A DNA stretch of 64,000 bases from Bacilli bacterium. Lineage in GTDB: Bacteria; Bacillota_I; Bacilli_A; RF39; UBA660. A program made the position numbers and the translations under genes. The stretch spans positions 7,488 to 71,487 of the forward strand of contig CAAGHJ010000016.1 in NCBI GenBank assembly GCA_900769635.1, written 5' to 3'. The notes beneath the pieces were generated by a model. The model made no database searches. It was given only the letters and a program-made list of their open reading frames with translations, and was not told the origin of the DNA. This document shows positions 11,251-19,946 of this stretch, one piece after another. Positions within the stretch are counted from its first letter, which is position 1. Each line of letters begins with the position of its first letter.

Positions 11251-12324
11251 ATGAAAAAAATAATAAAACATATCCTAATTACTATCCTTATCCTTGCCCT
11301 AATAATAACAATCCTTATCATAGCCTTCTATAAAAGAGCAGATAAAACCGGCTACATTCTCGGGCCAGTCGAAGACTACTCCCAAAAAGAAAATATTTGG
11401 ACCACCATATATGGAAACAGTAAAACAAGCAAACTAGACAATATGAATATAGATTATAATAGTGACTTAATAAAAAGTGCAATGAAATTCTGGGATATCC
11501 TAACCGGAAACTATAAAGATGTCGAAAAAGAAATAGATACCCTAACATACTACTACGAAATAAAAGGAGGATACGAAAAAACAACTTATGAAGATGAACC
11601 ATATATAATACCATATCTAACAAACAAAAGTACTAAATCCGTAATTATCCTAAGTGGAGGAGGCTTTATCTATAAATCAATGGATGGAGAAACAAAAGAA
11701 AGTAAAGACGTCGCTATAGAATTAAATAAACAAGGAATAAACGCCTTTCTTCTTCATTACCGCTCTAACCCTTACGAGTGGCCAATAAGTTACTTAGATT
11801 TACAAAGAGCCATAAGATATATAAGATATAATAGTGATAAATATCAAATAGATAAAAACAACATCAGTATTATAGGTTTTTCTGCTGGCGGTAACGTTGT
11901 AAGTACTTATATAAATCAAATAATGGGGAAAAATCTATTTGATGAAGGCTATTCCCAAGACAATATCGATTTAGAAGACGACACCATAACAAAAGCAGCA
12001 ATGATATATCCAGCCATTAACTTTAACAACAATCCAACAATGCTTTTTACAATGTTTCCAAGTAAAGACGTAAAAAACGCCCAAACTCGAACTAGTCTAT
12101 TAGATAAAACCGACAACGTCAAACACTTCTCCTCTAGTAATATTAAACAATATATAAGTTATGGCGGTAACGACCAAATGGTAGGAACAGAAGAAATAAA
12201 TAAATACATAAAAAAATGTGAAGAAACAAATACCAGTATAACAAAAAGATATTTAGAAAAAGAAGGACACGGCTTCGAAACAAAAAAATACATAGATAAC
12301 TATATAAACTGGCTTCAAGAATAA
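11251..12324 (+). CDS. Alpha/beta hydrolase (esterase/lipase-like) with N-terminal membrane anchor
   Basis: N-terminal TM. Oxyanion-type LSGGGF, nucleophile elbow GFSAGGN, C-terminal EGHGF. Confidence 0.75.
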   Translation: MKKIIKHILITILILALIITILIIAFYKRADKTGYILGPVEDYSQKENIWTTIYGNSKTSKLDNMNIDYNSDLIKSAMKFWDILTGNYKDVEKEIDTLTYYYEIKGGYEKTTYEDEPYIIPYLTNKSTKSVIILSGGGFIYKSMDGETKESKDVAIELNKQGINAFLLHYRSNPYEWPISYLDLQRAIRYIRYNSDKYQIDKNNISIIGFSAGGNVVSTYINQIMGKNLFDEGYSQDNIDLEDDTITKAAMIYPAINFNNNPTMLFTMFPSKDVKNAQTRTSLLDKTDNVKHFSSSNIKQYISYGGNDQMVGTEEINKYIKKCEETNTSITKRYLEKEGHGFETKKYIDNYINWLQE

Positions 12325-12413
12325 TAAAACCCTAGTTTCATAAAAAAAAACATCAAAAAAACTTTAAAAAAACCATAAATTGGTATATAATTATATTGAG
12401 TAGGTGATGTAAA

Positions 12414-14588
12414 ATGGCAAAGAAAAACTATAACTTAACAATAGATAACCTTTTAGACAAAGTAAAAGAGTATGATGATAATAAAAAACACCTAGATATG
12501 ATAAGAAAAGCTTACGAGTATGCAAACAGTAAACACTTCAATCAAAAAAGAATAACCGGAGATGACTATATCCAACATCCCCTAAATGTTGCCCTTATTT
12601 TAACAAATATAAATTCCGATTATAAAGCAATATGTGCAGCACTTCTTCACGACACTATCGAAGACTCCGATGGAACTTATGAAGAAATAAGCAAACTATT
12701 TGATAAAGAAGTGGCCAATCTTGTTGAATGCGTAACAAAAATAAATAGAATAAGTTTCACCTCTGAGTCAGAACAAATGGCTGCTAATCAACGAAAAATA
12801 CTTGTCGGCCTTGCTGAAGACGTAAGAGTAATTATCATAAAGTTAGCAGATCGCCTTCATAATATGCGTACCCTTTATGTAATGCCCCTCGAAAAACAAA
12901 AGAAAAAAGCCAAGGAAACCCTTGAAATACTAACCCCTGTTGCTCATCGTCTAGGAATATATAAAATAAAAAGTGAACTAGAAGACCTATCTCTAAGATA
13001 CTCTAAACCCGAAGCATATTATGATATCGTTGAAAAACTAAACCTAAAGAAAACCGAACGCGATAAAGCCGTAGGAGAAATGCTTAGCGAAGTATCAAAA
13101 TTACTAGATGAACACAATATTAAGCACGAAATAAAAGGAAGAAGTAAAAGCATTTATAGCATATATACCAAAATGAATAAAGGCAAAAGATTTGATGATA
13201 TCTATGATATCCTTGCCCTTCGTATACTAGTAGATACCAAACAAGAATGTTATCTAGCATTAGGTCTCATCCATTCCAAGTATAAACCCGTTCCCAAAAG
13301 ATTCAAAGACTATATCGCTATGCCAAAAACAAACCTTTATCAAAGTCTCCATACAACAGTCTTTGGTGTGTATGGCCAACTATTCGAAATCCAAATAAGA
13401 ACTTACGAAATGGATCAAATCGCCGAATACGGAATAGCATCCCATTTTGCTTACAAAGAAAATAAAGCCGTAAACACCAAAGATGCAATGGAACAAAAAC
13501 TTCAAATCTTTCGTAGTATAATAGAACTAAATGAAGATACCAAAACTCCTGAAGAATTCATAACAAGCATAAAAAAAGATATCCTAACCACAAGTTCTAT
13601 ATACGTATACACCCCAAAGGGAGATGTCATAGAAATGCCCGAAGGAGCAACACCCGTCGATTTTGCCTATAAAGTTCACAGTGAAGTAGGGGACACAATG
13701 ACAGGAGCGGTTGTTAATGATAAAATAGTTCCCCTAAACTACGTTCTCAAAACCGGTGATATAATCAAAATAAATACCAATAAAAATTCCAAGCCAAGCA
13801 AAGACTGGTTAAACTTTGTAATAACCTCTCAGGCCAAAAACAAAATAAAATCATATTATAGCAAATTAGAAAAAGACGAAAATCTTGCTAAAGGACTCGA
13901 AATTCTTGAAAAAGAGTTCCGGAAGAAAAATATGCCAATTAATGAAACCCTAAATAAAAATCTTCCCGAAATACTAGAAGAACTAAAACTAAAAGACCTA
14001 GATGAACTATATATAGCCCTCGGAAGTGGTAAAGTAACTATCACCGCCGTTATCAAAATAATCAAAAATAAAGAACCAAAATGGAACATTCCCAAAATAT
14101 TCAAACTCCAACCACCAAGTCCCAAAAAGCAACCCAAAAGCAAGGATGAAAACACCAAAGATGCCATTTTGGTCGAAGGCCTTGATGACATAAAAACCAC
14201 TATATCCGGTTGTTGCAAACCCATACCAGGAGACAGCATCATAGGCTACATCACCAAAGGAAGTGGAATAACTATCCATAGAAGTAGTTGCTATAACGTC
14301 GTAAACCTCGATGAAAGACTAATAAACGTCCATTGGAATCCAGAATGCCATAAAAGTTATCCTACGGACATCCTCATTTATACTGAAACCAGAGATAAAT
14401 TAGTTGACATCATTACCAAAGCAAGCAGTAATAATATCACCATAGATAGAATAGAAACCATAAATAAAGGCGAAAATAAAATATATCAAATGACGGTAAT
14501 AACCCCCAATACCGAAACCCTAGATAAATTCATAACCGCCCTAAATAATATGAAAAACATAAAAAAAGTCGAAAGAAAGGTAAACTAA
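12414..14588 (+). CDS. relA: Bifunctional (p)ppGpp synthetase/hydrolase RelA/SpoT (Rel)
   Basis: HD hydrolase motif (HPL.VA..L......LLHDTIEDS), synthetase motif (YQSLHTTV; EIQIRT..M), plus TGS and ACT regions. 724 aa. Confidence 0.95.
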   Translation: MAKKNYNLTIDNLLDKVKEYDDNKKHLDMIRKAYEYANSKHFNQKRITGDDYIQHPLNVALILTNINSDYKAICAALLHDTIEDSDGTYEEISKLFDKEVANLVECVTKINRISFTSESEQMAANQRKILVGLAEDVRVIIIKLADRLHNMRTLYVMPLEKQKKKAKETLEILTPVAHRLGIYKIKSELEDLSLRYSKPEAYYDIVEKLNLKKTERDKAVGEMLSEVSKLLDEHNIKHEIKGRSKSIYSIYTKMNKGKRFDDIYDILALRILVDTKQECYLALGLIHSKYKPVPKRFKDYIAMPKTNLYQSLHTTVFGVYGQLFEIQIRTYEMDQIAEYGIASHFAYKENKAVNTKDAMEQKLQIFRSIIELNEDTKTPEEFITSIKKDILTTSSIYVYTPKGDVIEMPEGATPVDFAYKVHSEVGDTMTGAVVNDKIVPLNYVLKTGDIIKINTNKNSKPSKDWLNFVITSQAKNKIKSYYSKLEKDENLAKGLEILEKEFRKKNMPINETLNKNLPEILEELKLKDLDELYIALGSGKVTITAVIKIIKNKEPKWNIPKIFKLQPPSPKKQPKSKDENTKDAILVEGLDDIKTTISGCCKPIPGDSIIGYITKGSGITIHRSSCYNVVNLDERLINVHWNPECHKSYPTDILIYTETRDKLVDIITKASSNNITIDRIETINKGENKIYQMTVITPNTETLDKFITALNNMKNIKKVERKVN

Positions 14589-15025
14589 TGAAAGTAGTAT
14601 TACAAAGATGCAAAACAGCATCAGTTAAAGTGGACAAAAAAATTGTCGGAAAAATAAACGGGGGCCTACTTATCCTTGTCGCCTTTACAAGTGAAGAAGA
14701 TATTACCAATATACCCTATATGGTAGACAAAATAGTAAATCTAAGAATATTCGATGATGAAAACGGTGTTATGAATAAGAGCCTATTAGATATCAAAGGT
14801 GAAATACTATCCGTAAGTCAGTTTACACTATACGCAGATACAAAAAAAGGCCGTCGTCCCAGTTATATAGATGCCCTTGCCGGAGATAAAGCCATTAAAC
14901 TCTATGAAAAGTTCAATAAAGAATTTACCAAGTACAACATAGAGCCTCAAACCGGTATCTTTGGAGCAGATATGGAAGTATCCCTCATAAACGACGGCCC
15001 CGTAACCATAATAATAGAAAAATAA
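14588..15025 (+). CDS. dtd: D-aminoacyl-tRNA deacylase
   Basis: MKVVLQR...SVSQFTLYADTKKGRRPS...GADMEVSLINDGPVT. TAATG overlap with relA, which is the conserved relA-dtd order. Confidence 0.95.
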   Translation: MKVVLQRCKTASVKVDKKIVGKINGGLLILVAFTSEEDITNIPYMVDKIVNLRIFDDENGVMNKSLLDIKGEILSVSQFTLYADTKKGRRPSYIDALAGDKAIKLYEKFNKEFTKYNIEPQTGIFGADMEVSLINDGPVTIIIEK

Positions 15026-15035
15026 GGAGGAGAAA

Positions 15036-16121
15036 ATGAAAAAAGACAAAATAGATTACAAATTAGTAAACATAACCCTAATCCTCTTAATAGTATTACT
15101 AATATACCTAATAAGAGGTGTTTGGCTTGGAGCTCTAAAAACAGTAGGAAGCATAATATTTCCTTTCTTACTAGCCTTTGCCCTAGCTTATGTATTATAC
15201 CCAATGGTAAAAAAACTACAAGAGGCCGGAAGTCCTAAGTGGCTTGCCATTCTAACCGTATCCCTAATAACCTTTGGAATAATACTAATAGTACTCATAT
15301 TAGCTGTACCAATGCTATATGAACAAACCCTACTATTTATAAGCAATATATCCGTATTCGTATCCGATATATCAAGCAAATACGAATTAAACCTAAAAGT
15401 ATTACAAACCTCCCTTTCTCAAATATCAAGTGATATGATGGAAAGCGTAGGAAAGTACTTATCAAGTGGAGCCATAAACCTAGTAAATACCGGTGTAAGC
15501 GTTGTAGCTAACGCCATTGTAGTTATAGCTGCCAGCCTATACATAGTAGTAGATATGGAGAAAATAAGAAAATTCCTCAAAGAAAACCTAACGGGAAAAA
15601 GAAAGAAAGCCTATAACTATCTAAAAAGACTAGATGTAGAAATCTCAAATTACATAAGAGGAATGGGTATGAACATTATCGTTCAAGGCCTCGAATACAC
15701 CTTTGCCTTCTTTATAATCGGCCACCCCAACTTCCTAGTACTAGGCCTATTATCCGGAGTATTTACAATAATACCAATCTTTGGAGGACTAATCGTAAGC
15801 ATACTAGCCCTTCTAATATCATCCGTTATAAGCACTAAACTATTTATACTAACAGCCGTAATACTAGTAGTATGTCCACAAATAGATAGCTATGTAATAG
15901 GACCAAAAATATATGGAAAATCCAACCAATTACATCCATTAATAATAATATTCGCTGTCTTTGCCGGAGGAATAATAGGAGGATTCTGGGGTATAGTTGT
16001 GTCAATCCCAGTTGCCATTATCCTAATAACAACCCTAAAGTTCTTTGAAGATGATATAAATGGCAAAATAACCAAAATCAAAGGAAAGGATAAAGTAAAT
16101 GAAAAAGAAAATACTATTTAG
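15036..16121 (+). CDS. AI-2E family transporter (PerM/YtvI-like permease)
   Basis: Eight-TM profile, about 360 aa. Characteristic IPIFGGLI and GPKIYGKS..LHPL motifs. Confidence 0.85.
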   Translation: MKKDKIDYKLVNITLILLIVLLIYLIRGVWLGALKTVGSIIFPFLLAFALAYVLYPMVKKLQEAGSPKWLAILTVSLITFGIILIVLILAVPMLYEQTLLFISNISVFVSDISSKYELNLKVLQTSLSQISSDMMESVGKYLSSGAINLVNTGVSVVANAIVVIAASLYIVVDMEKIRKFLKENLTGKRKKAYNYLKRLDVEISNYIRGMGMNIIVQGLEYTFAFFIIGHPNFLVLGLLSGVFTIIPIFGGLIVSILALLISSVISTKLFILTAVILVVCPQIDSYVIGPKIYGKSNQLHPLIIIFAVFAGGIIGGFWGIVVSIPVAIILITTLKFFEDDINGKITKIKGKDKVNEKENTI

Positions 16122-17193
16122 TATCTTACTTGCCTTATCAGCCCTAAACATCATATACGCTGATGAGAATGAAAAAAACAATTTAACAGTTAACACCAAT
16201 ACAGACTATGAAGAAAAATTTAACTCTGAAAGTGATGACAATGTCACTTTTGACAAAAAAATCTTAGGTTCAAACATTATCTTTGGTGATAAAGTTGAAG
16301 CATCAGGAGAAGTAAAAGGCATAAATCTTATCTTCGGAAATAATGTCATATCCAAAAACAACAATGACTACGGTTTTGTCTTTGGTAACAACGTAACCAT
16401 AAGTGGAAATACCAATAATGATGGAGCCATTTTCGGAAACAATGTTACCATAGACGATACCACTACTATCGGAAGAGACGTGGCCATTTTCGCTAATACC
16501 TTAACAATATCTGGTCATTTCGGAAGAAACATAGAAGTATACGCATCAAATGTAAATATCAAAGGAGCCACTATTTCCGGAAATATAACTATTCATTCTG
16601 ATACAATAACCATAGATGACAAAACAACCATAAAAGGAACCCTTAAATATCCAAGCAACATAGCCGAAAACAACCTTACTATAGAAAAAGGCAGCCAAAT
16701 ATCAAATACCAAAACCTACGAAGTAGAAGAGAAGGAAGAATCAACATCGACTATAATATGGGAAAAATTAACTAGCTTAATAGGCCTACTAATCGTATTT
16801 TCTGCCCTATATTTATTAGTACCAAACCTATATAAACAAAATATAGATCTCCTCAAAAGCTTTGGCTACGGAGTAATAACCCTTCTTCTCGTACCAATTG
16901 CCATATTACTACTCTTAATAAGTATATTTGGCCTATCCCTAGGACTATTATTACTGGCCCTATATATACTAATAATATGCACTTCAACCATTTTGGTAGG
17001 TCCGCTTCTCGGTGAAATGATATATAACAAAATACAAAAAAATAACCAAAATAAATACTTAGTAGGATTGCTTGGAATAACTATATTATATATATTAAAG
17101 CAAATACCAATATTAGGCGGAGTAGTAACATTCATAACCATATCCATAGCCTTTGGATTAATACTATCCCTTCTAAAAAGAAACAAAAAATAG
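16099..17193 (+). CDS. Membrane protein with N-terminal beta-helix-like FGNNVTI repeats and C-terminal 4-TM domain
   Basis: Signal peptide. At least six degenerate repeats ((I/V)FG(D/N)(K/N)V.(I/A)SG). C-terminal hydrophobic block. Overlaps the upstream permease gene by 23 nt. Confidence 0.65.
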   Translation: MKKKILFSILLALSALNIIYADENEKNNLTVNTNTDYEEKFNSESDDNVTFDKKILGSNIIFGDKVEASGEVKGINLIFGNNVISKNNNDYGFVFGNNVTISGNTNNDGAIFGNNVTIDDTTTIGRDVAIFANTLTISGHFGRNIEVYASNVNIKGATISGNITIHSDTITIDDKTTIKGTLKYPSNIAENNLTIEKGSQISNTKTYEVEEKEESTSTIIWEKLTSLIGLLIVFSALYLLVPNLYKQNIDLLKSFGYGVITLLLVPIAILLLLISIFGLSLGLLLLALYILIICTSTILVGPLLGEMIYNKIQKNNQNKYLVGLLGITILYILKQIPILGGVVTFITISIAFGLILSLLKRNKK

Positions 17194-17266
17194 ATAGAGA
17201 AAACTATCTGTTTTTTCATTAGTATAAAAAATCAAAAAACAAACCATAATAAAAATGGTGATAAAA

Positions 17267-17737
17267 ATGAAATACCTAAAATACACATTAATAATTATAC
17301 CCATAATATCCCTAACAGCCTGTCATTTAGCCAATACACCTACCAGTATTGTTGAAGACTATTTAACAAAGTATCAAAAACTAGACAAAGACGTTGAAAA
17401 AGAAATAAACGACGTAGTAGAAAACTCTACTGTAGATGATAGCGAAAAAGAACGCTATAAAAAAATAATAAAAAAAGGTTATCAAAATCTCACATATAAA
17501 ATCAAAGACGAAAAAATCGATGGCAATCTTGCTACCGTCGAAGTACAAATCGAAGTATTAGACTATAAAAAAATAGTAAATAACTCAGACATAACCACTA
17601 GAATAGACGACCTCGAAAAAGCAAGCGAAACCATAAACTATACCATAAACTTTGAATTATCCAAAGACGATAGCGGTAACTGGATTCTAAATCCCCCATC
17701 TAGTAGTGACATCAAAAAAATTCAAGGAATGTATTAA
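17267..17737 (+). CDS. Putative lipoprotein
   Basis: RBS GGTGAT precedes the ATG at 17267. Signal sequence ends in the lipobox-like LTAC. No recognisable domain. Confidence 0.65.
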   Translation: MKYLKYTLIIIPIISLTACHLANTPTSIVEDYLTKYQKLDKDVEKEINDVVENSTVDDSEKERYKKIIKKGYQNLTYKIKDEKIDGNLATVEVQIEVLDYKKIVNNSDITTRIDDLEKASETINYTINFELSKDDSGNWILNPPSSSDIKKIQGMY

Positions 17738-17738
17738 A

Positions 17739-17768
17739 AAAGTACGTAAGAACAAACTTACGTACTTT
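17739..17768. terminator. Bidirectional terminator hairpin
   Basis: Perfect 12-bp stem AAAGTACGTAAG-aacaaa-CTTACGTACTTT with A/T runs on both sides, between convergent genes. Confidence 0.7.
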
Positions 17769-17780
17769 AATAATCAATAA

Positions 17781-17857
17781 TGGCGTCCCCGATAGGATTC
17801 GAACCTATGACCGCACGCTTAGAAGGCGTGTGCTCTATCCAGCTGAGCTACGAGGAC
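17781..17857 (-). tRNA. tRNA-Arg (anticodon TCT)
   Basis: Reverse complement GTCCTCGTAGCTCAGCTGGATAGAGC...CACGC-CTTCTAA-GCGTG...GGTTCGAATCC...CGGGGACGCCA folds as a cloverleaf. The acceptor stem pairs and CCA is encoded. Confidence 0.9.
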
Positions 17858-17904
17858 AGGTGTAACAATCAATTACATTGTAAATTATACACCTTTTTTA
17901 CCAA

Positions 17905-18849
17905 TTAATCAAGCATTTTTAACGAAATTGTTGAAATTTTTTCATTATTTGCCGTAAAAGTAACCTCTTTTACATCAAAATTATCCTCTAAGGACAAGCA
18001 AATAGTATAAATAACCTCTTCTAAAATATTATTTTTTCCAATATCATCCAAAATCATATCATTAAAATTAAGAGAAATACTATCATTATCCAGTTTATAA
18101 TCCAAAAGTTCTACATCAGAATTCAAAAAACTCATCAAATTACTCTCATAAGTAAAAGAAGTAGCCAAAGAATTAATAATAAGTTTAATCTTATCTGACC
18201 CCACATTATTAACATACTTCGTAACCGGCACATAATAATAATCACTATTCTTACTAACATAATACACCGTATAAGAAATAACATCCTTAGGACTAGTCAA
18301 AGCATATACCTTATTAATACCAATCGATTTATCCAAAACAACATCCAAAGCCTTATCCATTTTTGGAAGCTTATTCAAAGCCTCTCCCTCAACAAGAATC
18401 CTAACATTATCAATACCATCCAAAGAAGTAAGCGTGTAAACAATTGCCTCAATCATCTTCTCCTCATATTTCGGATTAACATCCAATAAATCCCTCGAAA
18501 AATCAATCGTAAGCGTTCCCTCTACAAGTTCCACTGCTAAAATACTAACTGCTGGAGGAATAATACTCCTAAAACCACTAGGAATAATATCACTTTTCTT
18601 CCCGCCAATAATAAGCCCCTCTGTAAGTTCTCTTGCCTTATCCCTAACATCACAGTTACAAGTAGCAATACTAGTTCGTGCTACATAATCATTTTTATCA
18701 AGAAGATAAATAGTCTCTTTAGTATTATTTTGTACATAAGTAACATTCTTTTCCTTAAACTTAAACTCCTCCCCATTAGACGGAATCAAATAAATAAGAA
18801 GAAGTATACACAAAGCCGTTGACGCAACCATAATCTTTTTCAATGACAT
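17905..18849 (-). CDS. gerM: Germination/sporulation protein GerM (two GerMN domains)
   Basis: N-terminal membrane anchor. Two GerMN-type modules (GTLTIDFSRDLL...IVYTLTSLDGIDNVRILVEGE, and SISLNFNDMIL...VIYTICLSLEDNFDVKEVTF). The start is ambiguous, with GTG 18870, TTG 18855 and ATG 18849 all in frame. Confidence 0.8.
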   Translation of the reverse strand: MSLKKIMVASTALCILLLIYLIPSNGEEFKFKEKNVTYVQNNTKETIYLLDKNDYVARTSIATCNCDVRDKARELTEGLIIGGKKSDIIPSGFRSIIPPAVSILAVELVEGTLTIDFSRDLLDVNPKYEEKMIEAIVYTLTSLDGIDNVRILVEGEALNKLPKMDKALDVVLDKSIGINKVYALTSPKDVISYTVYYVSKNSDYYYVPVTKYVNNVGSDKIKLIINSLATSFTYESNLMSFLNSDVELLDYKLDNDSISLNFNDMILDDIGKNNILEEVIYTICLSLEDNFDVKEVTFTANNEKISTISLKMLD

Positions 18850-18917
18850 TCTCAATAGCACTATAATCACCCATTAGATTATATGCCCACATAGCCCAAA
18901 AATGCAAAAAGAAAAAG

Positions 18918-19124
18918 CTATAAAGCAATTTCCTTTAATCTAATCAGTTCTACAACAGCTTGTGCTCTTCCCTTAACCGCTAACTTCTGCATCGCATTAG
19001 ATATATGATTTCTAACCGTCTTCTCACTAATATCAAGAATATCAGCAATATCCCTAGTCGATTTATTCATAATTAGCAAATTAAAAACTTCTTTTTCTCT
19101 TTTCGTTAATATACTCTTATTCAT
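18918..19124 (-). CDS. gerE: LuxR-type HTH regulator GerE
   Basis: A 68-aa single-domain protein, LTKREKEVFNLL...ISEKTVRNHISNAMQKLAVKGRAQAVVELIRL. It is near-identical in pattern to B. subtilis GerE (ISEKTVRNHISNAMQKLGVKGRSQAVVELLRM). Confidence 0.9.
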   Translation of the reverse strand: MNKSILTKREKEVFNLLIMNKSTRDIADILDISEKTVRNHISNAMQKLAVKGRAQAVVELIRLKEIAL

Positions 19125-19164
19125 AAATACCTCACTTCCCTATAGGGTGGTCTATGTTTCATAA

Positions 19165-19192
19165 TATACTATGCATTATTCCCATATAAGTG
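19165..19192 (-). promoter_or_regulatory. Sigma-K-type promoter candidate for gerE
   Basis: On the minus strand, cAC - 16 nt - CATAGTATA, matching the B. subtilis sigma-K consensus AC-N16/17-CATAnnnTA. It lies about 40 nt upstream of the gerE ATG. Confidence 0.45.
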
Positions 19193-19206
19193 AGGACATT
19201 TACCCA

Positions 19207-19698
19207 TTAATTCTGAAATTGCACTGAAATATACATCTTAGAATCAAACAACTCCTGAATTAATCTCATAACTTCATTAGCAAGTGAGGCCGAATGCTCC
19301 TTAGAACCAACTACAACCCTAATCTGATCCCCATCAACCTTAACAAAAGTATCAAGCTTAAGCTCTGTCTTTAACTTTTCTTCAATCATCTCTTCCTTAG
19401 CCTGTTTACCATTAACCCTTTTAAGTTCTTCAAAGGCCGTATTCTTTTCCTCTACCGTTGCCTTAGCATTCGATAATGTCTCTTTAAGTTTATTAACCTC
19501 TTCCTCTCCCGAACTCTCGTCTTCAAGTCTAAGGGCTGATATCAAATCCACTTCATTAGTTTCTACTTTGGCTGTTTTTTCTGTACTCTTATCATTTTCC
19601 GTACTAAGAAGTTCACTAGGCATAGTAATGTAATAAATACTAAGAATTAACACTAAACTAAATAATGTCAGAAACCACAAATTGTTCTTATTAATCAT
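19207..19698 (-). CDS. spoIIIAH: Stage III sporulation protein AH (SpoIIIAH)
   Basis: N-terminus NLWFLTLFSLVLILSIYYITMPSE parallels B. subtilis TVWLLTMLSLVVVLSVYYIMSPES. Acidic linker. C-terminal YscJ/FliF-like block (FVKVDGDQIRVVVGSKEHSASLANEVMRLI...ISVQF). Confidence 0.8.
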   Translation of the reverse strand: MINKNNLWFLTLFSLVLILSIYYITMPSELLSTENDKSTEKTAKVETNEVDLISALRLEDESSGEEEVNKLKETLSNAKATVEEKNTAFEELKRVNGKQAKEEMIEEKLKTELKLDTFVKVDGDQIRVVVGSKEHSASLANEVMRLIQELFDSKMYISVQFQN

Positions 19699-19805
19699 AT
19701 ATTCCCTCTTTTCTATTAAAGTATATTATATATAGAAAAAAATATTACCATCAAATATCCATTGTCAGTTTTTTCAAGTATAAAACAAAAATTGCCCTAA
19801 ACCCA

Positions 19806-19833
19806 TTGCAATAATCAAAAAAAGTGCTATAAT
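19806..19833 (+). promoter_or_regulatory. Sigma-A promoter for tRNA-Gln/gltX
   Basis: TTGCAA, 16 nt spacer, TGcTATAAT (extended -10). It ends 12 nt before the tRNA 5' end. Confidence 0.6.
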
Positions 19834-19845
19834 TATAAATGTGAT

Positions 19846-19919
19846 TGCCATATAGCCAAGCGGTAAGGCAGTGGACTCTGACTCCACGATCGCTAGTTCG
19901 AATCTAGCTATGGCAACCA
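19846..19919 (+). tRNA. tRNA-Gln (anticodon CTG)
   Basis: TGCCATA acceptor (the U1-A72 pair typical of bacterial tRNA-Gln). Anticodon arm GTGGA-CTCTGAC-TCCAC. T-arm GCTAG-TTCGAAT-CTAGC. Ends ACCA. Confidence 0.9.
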
Positions 19920-19946
19920 TATTTTTTTTAAATTAAGGTGATAAAT

